A stretch of 64,000 nucleotides of DNA from Hyphomicrobiales bacterium (GTDB lineage: Bacteria; Pseudomonadota; Alphaproteobacteria; Rhizobiales; Xanthobacteraceae). The stretch covers positions 37,473-101,472 of the forward strand of contig WHTP01000002.1 of NCBI GenBank assembly GCA_009377695.1, given 5' to 3'. The notes under the pieces were generated by a model. The model did not search any database. It was given only the letters and a program-made list of their open reading frames with translations, and was not told the origin of the DNA. This document shows, piece by piece, positions 59,467 through 64,000 of this stretch. Position numbers and translations under genes: made by a program. Position 1 is the stretch's first letter, and every line of letters starts with the position of its first letter.

Positions 59467-60567
59467 ATGAAGACGACTGTTCCCGTCGGCGACCCGAAGG
59501 CAATCAAGCGTTGGTCCGCCGAGCTATTCCTCGACACCGCGAAGAAGAGCTACTTCGAGCGCAAGTTCATCGGCACCACCGACAACGCGATCATCCAGCG
59601 CCTTACGGATCTGGAGTCGGCGGCCGGCGACACCATCACCTACGATCTCTCGCTGCAGCTGCGCAAGAAGCCGGTCTACGGCGACGATCGCGCACAAGGC
59701 AAGTCGGAGGAACTGAAGTTCGCTACCGACGAGGTCAAGATCGACCAGATGCGCGCTCCGGTCTCGGCCGGCGGCCGCATGACCCGCAAGCGCACGCTGC
59801 ACGACCTGCGGCGCGTTGCCCGCGATCGCCTCGGCGACTACTGGTCGCGCTTCCTCGACGAGATGATGTTCATCTATCTCTCGGGCGCGCGCGGCATCAA
59901 CGAGGACTACATCGAGGACGTGACCTGGGTTGGCCACGCCGGCAACCCGATCCAGGCGCCGGACGCCACCCACCTCATCTTCGGCGGCACCGCGACCAGC
60001 AAAGCCACGATCGTCGCCGCCGACAAGATGGCGCGTGCGGTGATCGAGAAGGCGGCGGTCAAGGCCCAGATGATCCGCTCCACCGACCCCGAGAACCCGA
60101 ACATGCTGCCGTCCAACATCATGGGCGAGGGGCATTTCGTGATGGTCATGACCCCGTTCCAGGAGCACGACCTGCGACTGGAGTCGGGTGCGCAAGGCTG
60201 GCTCGAGATCCAGAAGGCGGCGGCGGCGGCGGAAGGCCGCAACAACCCGATCTTCAAGGGCTCGCTCGGCATGATCAACAAGGTCGTGCTGCACAGCCAC
60301 GAGTCGATCATCCGCTTCAACGACTACGGCGCCGGCACGGATCTGCCGGCCGCACGTGCGCTGTTCCTCGGCCGCCAGGCCGGCGTCTGCGCCTACGGCA
60401 CCGCCGGCGGCACGCGCTTCCAGTGGGAAGAGGAGCTCACCGACTTCAAGAACCAGGTCGACATCGCCGCCGGCACCATCCTCGGCGTCAAGAAGACCCG
60501 GTTCAAGAACCGCGACTTCGGCGTCATCGCGATCGACACCTACGCCAAGGACCCGAACGCGGCGTAA
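59467..60567 (+). CDS. Major capsid protein, N4-gp56 family
   Basis: MKTTVPVGDPKAIKRWSAELFLDTAKKSYFERKFIGTTDNAIIQ...GDTITYDL... is the hallmark N-terminus of this family (from memory). Confidence 0.8.
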   Translation: MKTTVPVGDPKAIKRWSAELFLDTAKKSYFERKFIGTTDNAIIQRLTDLESAAGDTITYDLSLQLRKKPVYGDDRAQGKSEELKFATDEVKIDQMRAPVSAGGRMTRKRTLHDLRRVARDRLGDYWSRFLDEMMFIYLSGARGINEDYIEDVTWVGHAGNPIQAPDATHLIFGGTATSKATIVAADKMARAVIEKAAVKAQMIRSTDPENPNMLPSNIMGEGHFVMVMTPFQEHDLRLESGAQGWLEIQKAAAAAEGRNNPIFKGSLGMINKVVLHSHESIIRFNDYGAGTDLPAARALFLGRQAGVCAYGTAGGTRFQWEEELTDFKNQVDIAAGTILGVKKTRFKNRDFGVIAIDTYAKDPNAA

Positions 60568-60579
60568 CGCTGATTGGCT

Positions 60580-60607
60580 GAGGCGGGACATCCCGCCTCG
60601 GCTTTCA
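60580..60607 (+). terminator. Hairpin GAGGCGGGA-CA-TCCCGCCTC after the capsid gene (attenuator/terminator-like)
   Basis: Read directly. The T-tract is weak (GGCTTTC). Confidence 0.45.
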
Positions 60608-60644
60608 CCCCTTCACCCAACCCTGAACTGAAAGGAGACCAGCA

Positions 60645-61109
60645 ATGGCTCTCTTCCATTCCAGCTACGTGCGCGGCGGCGAGCGTGTCCCGGCGCCGCA
60701 GTGGGCCGGCGACGTCGTCGCCGTGCGCTTTGAGTACACCCTGCCGACGGCGGAGCAGATCACGGGCAACATCATCGAGCTCGGCGTGCTGCCCGCTTAT
60801 GCACGTCCCATCGATGCCGTGCTCGACAGCGACGCCCTCGCTGCCTCGGCGCTCGTCCTCGACGTCGGCATCATGTCCGGCGACGTCGGCGAGGCGCTCG
60901 ACGAAGTGGGCGCCGCACGCACCAGCGGCGATGAGCTGTTCGACGGCATCACCACCGGCGTCGCCGGCGGCGTGGTCCGCCCGACGCTCGCCAAGGCGTT
61001 CCGCGTCGCGCCGGCCGCGAAGGACCGCTCGATCGGCCTCAAGATCGCCACCCAAGGCGTCACCCCGGCCGAGGGCAAGATCGGGCTGACCGTCTTCTAC
61101 GGCACCTGA
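60645..61109 (+). CDS. Hypothetical virion-module protein
   Basis: AAGGAGA precedes ATG 60645. Confidence 0.6.
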   Translation: MALFHSSYVRGGERVPAPQWAGDVVAVRFEYTLPTAEQITGNIIELGVLPAYARPIDAVLDSDALAASALVLDVGIMSGDVGEALDEVGAARTSGDELFDGITTGVAGGVVRPTLAKAFRVAPAAKDRSIGLKIATQGVTPAEGKIGLTVFYGT

Positions 61110-61175
61110 TCGACATCACGACAACGACCGCGGCGGCCTTTCACCGCCGCGGCACCTCTTCAAGGGCGGTGAACC

Positions 61176-61421
61176 ATGCTGATCGAATGCACCCTCAAAC
61201 GCAAAGAGCCGATCGTGGTGCCGATCGGCAACGAGAAGTACGAGTTTCTGCCCGACGCCAACGGCCGCCGCGTTGCGGAGGTCTGGATCGACAGCCACGT
61301 CGAGTCGTTCCTGGCGGTGCCGCACCTCTACCGCAAGCTCGAGGACGAGGGCGCTGCGCCGCCGGCGCCAAAGCCCAAGGCTGCCAAGTCCAAGTCTGTG
61401 AAGGCTAATCCAGTCGCATGA
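61176..61421 (+). CDS. Small protein, paralog of 62116..62349
   Basis: MLIECTLKRKEPIVVPIGNEKYEF...VESFLAVPHLYRKL compared with VMIECHGAPNIDPVVVTLGSESYRF...IACFLARPEMYRAT. Confidence 0.55.
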   Translation: MLIECTLKRKEPIVVPIGNEKYEFLPDANGRRVAEVWIDSHVESFLAVPHLYRKLEDEGAAPPAPKPKAAKSKSVKANPVA

Positions 61422-62113
61422 CCGGCGAAGAGCTTCTCACCCGCGCGGCCACCGTGCTGCAGGACATCGAGCATGTTCGCTGGCCGCTGCCCGAGCTCGT
61501 GCGCTGGGTGAACGACGGCATGCGCGCGACCGTGCTCGCAAAGCCGTCCGCCAATTCCGCGACCGTCGCGCTCACGCTGGTCGAGGGCACGCTGCAATCG
61601 CTCGTCGACGACGCGCACCTCTTGCTGCTGCGGATGCCGCGCAATCTCAAGCAGGCGTCCCCGCCAATCGGCGGCCGCGCCATCCGACCCACCAATCGCG
61701 AAGTGCTCGATGCTTCCGAGCCGTCATGGCACGACCGCTCGGTGGTGCCGTTCAAGAAGGAAGTGCGGCAGTACGTCTATGACGAGGCCAACCCGCGCGG
61801 GTTTTATTGCTACCCGGGCAACGACGGCACCGGCATCGTCGAGGCCGTGGTCTCGCTGCTGCCGACGCTGCTCACCGCGTCCGGCGACCCCGACGTGCTC
61901 GCCTCCTACAGCGCCGAGCTTGGACTGCCCGAGACCTACGGCGTGATCGTTCTCGATTACGTGCTCTACCGCTCCTACTCGAAGGACGACGTCGGCGCCG
62001 ATCCCGGCCGCGCGCAGATGCACTACCAGGCGTTCGCCTCGGCGCTCGGCATCAAGCTGCAGGTCGAGGGCGCATCGTCGCCCAACAGCCGCGCCAAGAT
62101 CGCGAGCACCTGA
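61418..62113 (+). CDS. Head-tail adaptor-like structural protein (copy A)
   Basis: 231 aa. ATGA overlap with the upstream gene. Distant resemblance to 62419..63045. Confidence 0.5.
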   Translation: MTGEELLTRAATVLQDIEHVRWPLPELVRWVNDGMRATVLAKPSANSATVALTLVEGTLQSLVDDAHLLLLRMPRNLKQASPPIGGRAIRPTNREVLDASEPSWHDRSVVPFKKEVRQYVYDEANPRGFYCYPGNDGTGIVEAVVSLLPTLLTASGDPDVLASYSAELGLPETYGVIVLDYVLYRSYSKDDVGADPGRAQMHYQAFASALGIKLQVEGASSPNSRAKIAST

Positions 62114-62115
62114 CC

Positions 62116-62349
62116 ATGCGCCGCCGACGCTACTGGCAGCGCGCAAAACCGAAGCTGATCCGCCGCGAGCGCCCGGTCATGATCGAATGCCACGGCGCCC
62201 CGAACATCGATCCCGTCGTCGTTACGCTCGGCAGCGAGTCCTACAGGTTCCACAGCGGCCCGCGCGGCAAGAAGGTTGCGCCGGTCTACGTCGAGGATCA
62301 CATCGCCTGCTTCCTAGCGCGCCCGGAAATGTACCGGGCGACCCACTGA
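62116..62349 (+). CDS. Small protein, paralog of 61176..61421 (start 62116 or 62179)
   Basis: See 61176. Confidence 0.5.
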   Translation: MRRRRYWQRAKPKLIRRERPVMIECHGAPNIDPVVVTLGSESYRFHSGPRGKKVAPVYVEDHIACFLARPEMYRATH

Positions 62350-62418
62350 ACGGAGCAACCCATGGCACGCAAGCCAAAGCCACCGCGTCCACGTCCGCCA
62401 CGCCCGGGATACTGATCG

Positions 62419-63045
62419 ATGAAGGACCTCGAGCTGATCCTGCCGCGCGTCATGGAGAAGGCCGCGGCGTGTCCGGAGCCAACGGCGCTCCGCCACATCC
62501 GCGACGCCGCCATCGAGTTCTGCCGGCGCACCCGCGTCTGGCGCGAGCAGGACACGTTCGAGATCACCACCGAAGGCTGCGAGGGCCTGGCGCCCTTCCT
62601 GGGCACGCAGATCTACGAGATCAGCCACGCCGCCTTCACCAACGACGACTGCGGCGACCGTCCGCTCGATCCAGTGACCATGGACTGGCTCGACAAGGAA
62701 CGCCCGCGCTGGCGCGACCAGGAAGGCACGCCGCGCTACATCACGCAGAGCAATCCGAACACGGTGCGCATCACGCCCAAGGCGGAGGGTTCGCTGCGGC
62801 TTGAATTGATCCTGCTGCCCGCGATCGACACCGACCAGCTGCCCGACATCCTGATCGACACCTACGCCTGCGAGATCGCCGATGGCGCGATCGCCAAGGT
62901 GCTCATGCTGCCGGCGGACTGGGGCAACCCCGGCTTGGCCGCCGCGCATGCTGCGATGTTCGATGGTCACCTGGGCCGCTTCGGCAACCGCGTCTCGCGC
63001 GGCCAGCAGCGCGCACTCCGGCGCCCGCGTGCCCAATTCATCTAG
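62419..63045 (+). CDS. Head-tail adaptor-like structural protein (copy B)
   Basis: 208-aa track ORF. Confidence 0.5.
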   Translation: MKDLELILPRVMEKAAACPEPTALRHIRDAAIEFCRRTRVWREQDTFEITTEGCEGLAPFLGTQIYEISHAAFTNDDCGDRPLDPVTMDWLDKERPRWRDQEGTPRYITQSNPNTVRITPKAEGSLRLELILLPAIDTDQLPDILIDTYACEIADGAIAKVLMLPADWGNPGLAAAHAAMFDGHLGRFGNRVSRGQQRALRRPRAQFI

Positions 63046-63120
63046 CGTTGTCTTAGAAGCGCTGCCCATCCTTTTGATGGCGTTAGCGATTTGCCTTATT
63101 CCGCTGGCAGGTGATCGGCC

Positions 63121-63573
63121 ATGACCGCGCTTTCCAAGCGCCACCGCATTGCCCGGCAGCTACGGGAAATCGACCCGACCCGACGCCCTGGCCGCAAGAC
63201 CAACCGCACCCGATCACGGGCCGGCGTCGGCGCGACCATTGAAACGCCGACCCTGCGCCTCGTCTTCCGCATGCCGCCGAGCTTCATGGTCCCCCAGGGC
63301 CAGCACGGCGTCGGCATCGTCGTCACCTCCCTCGGCACCGCCGAGATCGAAATGACGACATGGTCGCGCGATCGCCTGTTCGAAAAGGCCATCGCTTTCC
63401 TGCGCAAGCACGCGCCGCGCGGCATGCCGCCGATGAGCTTCGCGGCCAGCTACACGTCATCGAGCGAGAACCACGGATCCCCGATGAAGTGGTGGCTCGC
63501 CATGGTCGACGGCCACGGCTTTGCGACCGTGTCGCCGATCGGCCCGCTGATCTTTCCGGCGCCGGCCAAGTGA
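63121..63573 (+). CDS. Hypothetical virion-module protein
   Basis: Track ORF. Confidence 0.5.
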   Translation: MTALSKRHRIARQLREIDPTRRPGRKTNRTRSRAGVGATIETPTLRLVFRMPPSFMVPQGQHGVGIVVTSLGTAEIEMTTWSRDRLFEKAIAFLRKHAPRGMPPMSFAASYTSSSENHGSPMKWWLAMVDGHGFATVSPIGPLIFPAPAK

Positions 63574-63587
63574 ACTGAGAACTCTTC

Positions 63588-63803
63588 ATGAAAGACCTCG
63601 ACCACGCGCGGCAAGTCGCCGACGCGATCCGCCCGCAATGGCCGCTCAAGGCCGCCGAGATCGACCGCGCCATCGCCGAGGCCGAGGCCGGCAAGCGCGA
63701 CAGCATCAATCTGAACGTCGGCATCCGCTTCAAGCTGGAAAAATTCGCTGCCGACGCCCCGCCGGGCACGCCGCCCTACGAAGTGATCGAGGGCGAAGGA
63801 TAG
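63588..63803 (+). CDS. Hypothetical small phage protein
   Basis: Track ORF. Confidence 0.5.
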   Translation: MKDLDHARQVADAIRPQWPLKAAEIDRAIAEAEAGKRDSINLNVGIRFKLEKFAADAPPGTPPYEVIEGEG

Positions 63804-63812
63804 GAGCCTGCC

Positions 63813-64000
63813 ATGCCGCTGACGAATGCCGGGCGCGATTATCTCGCGCAAGCCGCCATCAACGACTCGCCCACGTTCTTCGACAACGCCAATGCGCGCA
63901 TCGCGGTCGGCGACTCGAACGCCGCCTTCGCGGTCGGCCAGATCGATCTGCAGGCCGTGGCCAACAAGATCCGCAAGGGCATGGAGGCGAGCTATCCGCA
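63813..64000 (+). CDS. Phage structural protein (partial, continues beyond the window)
   Basis: GGAG precedes ATG 63813. MPLTNAGRDYLAQAAINDSPTFFDN... stays open to the window edge. Confidence 0.5.
   Translation, partial: MPLTNAGRDYLAQAAINDSPTFFDNANARIAVGDSNAAFAVGQIDLQAVANKIRKGMEASYP

Larger units (their letters stand above)
29944..64000. mobile_element. Prophage integrated at a tRNA 3' end; right end beyond the window
   Basis: Integrase, recombination, repressor, replication, terminase, portal, scaffold and capsid modules lie in phage-typical order. Confidence 0.9.

Overview
High-GC alphaproteobacterial chromosome segment. A Bradyrhizobiaceae-like host is my inference from gene content (opgH, Bug/TctC binding protein, HoxX/HypX-like gene, palindromic intergenic repeats). 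All calls come from reading the ORF translations and the DNA by eye; no searches were run.

The window has three parts.

(1) 1-4470 is a phage-derived element. It shows the 3' end of a rep/primase-like gene, iteron-like repeats, an HK97-type capsid, a prohead protease and a P27-type small terminase. No portal or large terminase is visible. A small accessory islet follows at 4470-6900, with a ribbon-helix-helix (RHH) regulator, a Rap1a/Tai4-like periplasmic protein and a lipoprotein.

(2) 6973-28832 is core-like chromosome.
- FkbM methyltransferase plus OpgH.
- A translationally coupled dehydrogenase / PTPS-like / GT4 glycosyltransferase / methyltransferase operon, abutting a RibD-C reductase and an N-terminally extended GTP cyclohydrolase II. 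This is my best candidate for an undescribed pteridine-type pathway.
- Cytochrome b561, a creatininase-fold protein, a GT-C-like membrane protein, and a GNAT / ICL-PEPM / IlvD-Edd operon.
- A Bug-family binding protein, an LLM monooxygenase, and an orphan HypX/HoxX-like gene that contains an in-frame copy of a palindromic repeat family.

(3) From 28889 there are two tRNA 3'-fragment att relics, then a prophage of more than 34 kb.
- Integrase, then a leftward early operon (ERF annealase, YqaJ exonuclease, DUF5131, ASCH).
- A CI-like S24 repressor with a repeated 17-bp operator at two promoters.
- A replication gene with internal iterons.
- A structured noncoding region followed by a 30-aa hydrophobic peptide ORF.
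- A decayed moron island carrying an intact Omp25/31-like porin.
- The late region: TerS, TerL, portal, scaffold, a CsrA-like ORF, an N4-gp56-type capsid and a duplicated adaptor module.

Many long antisense ORFs in the track are GC-driven shadow frames and were not called.
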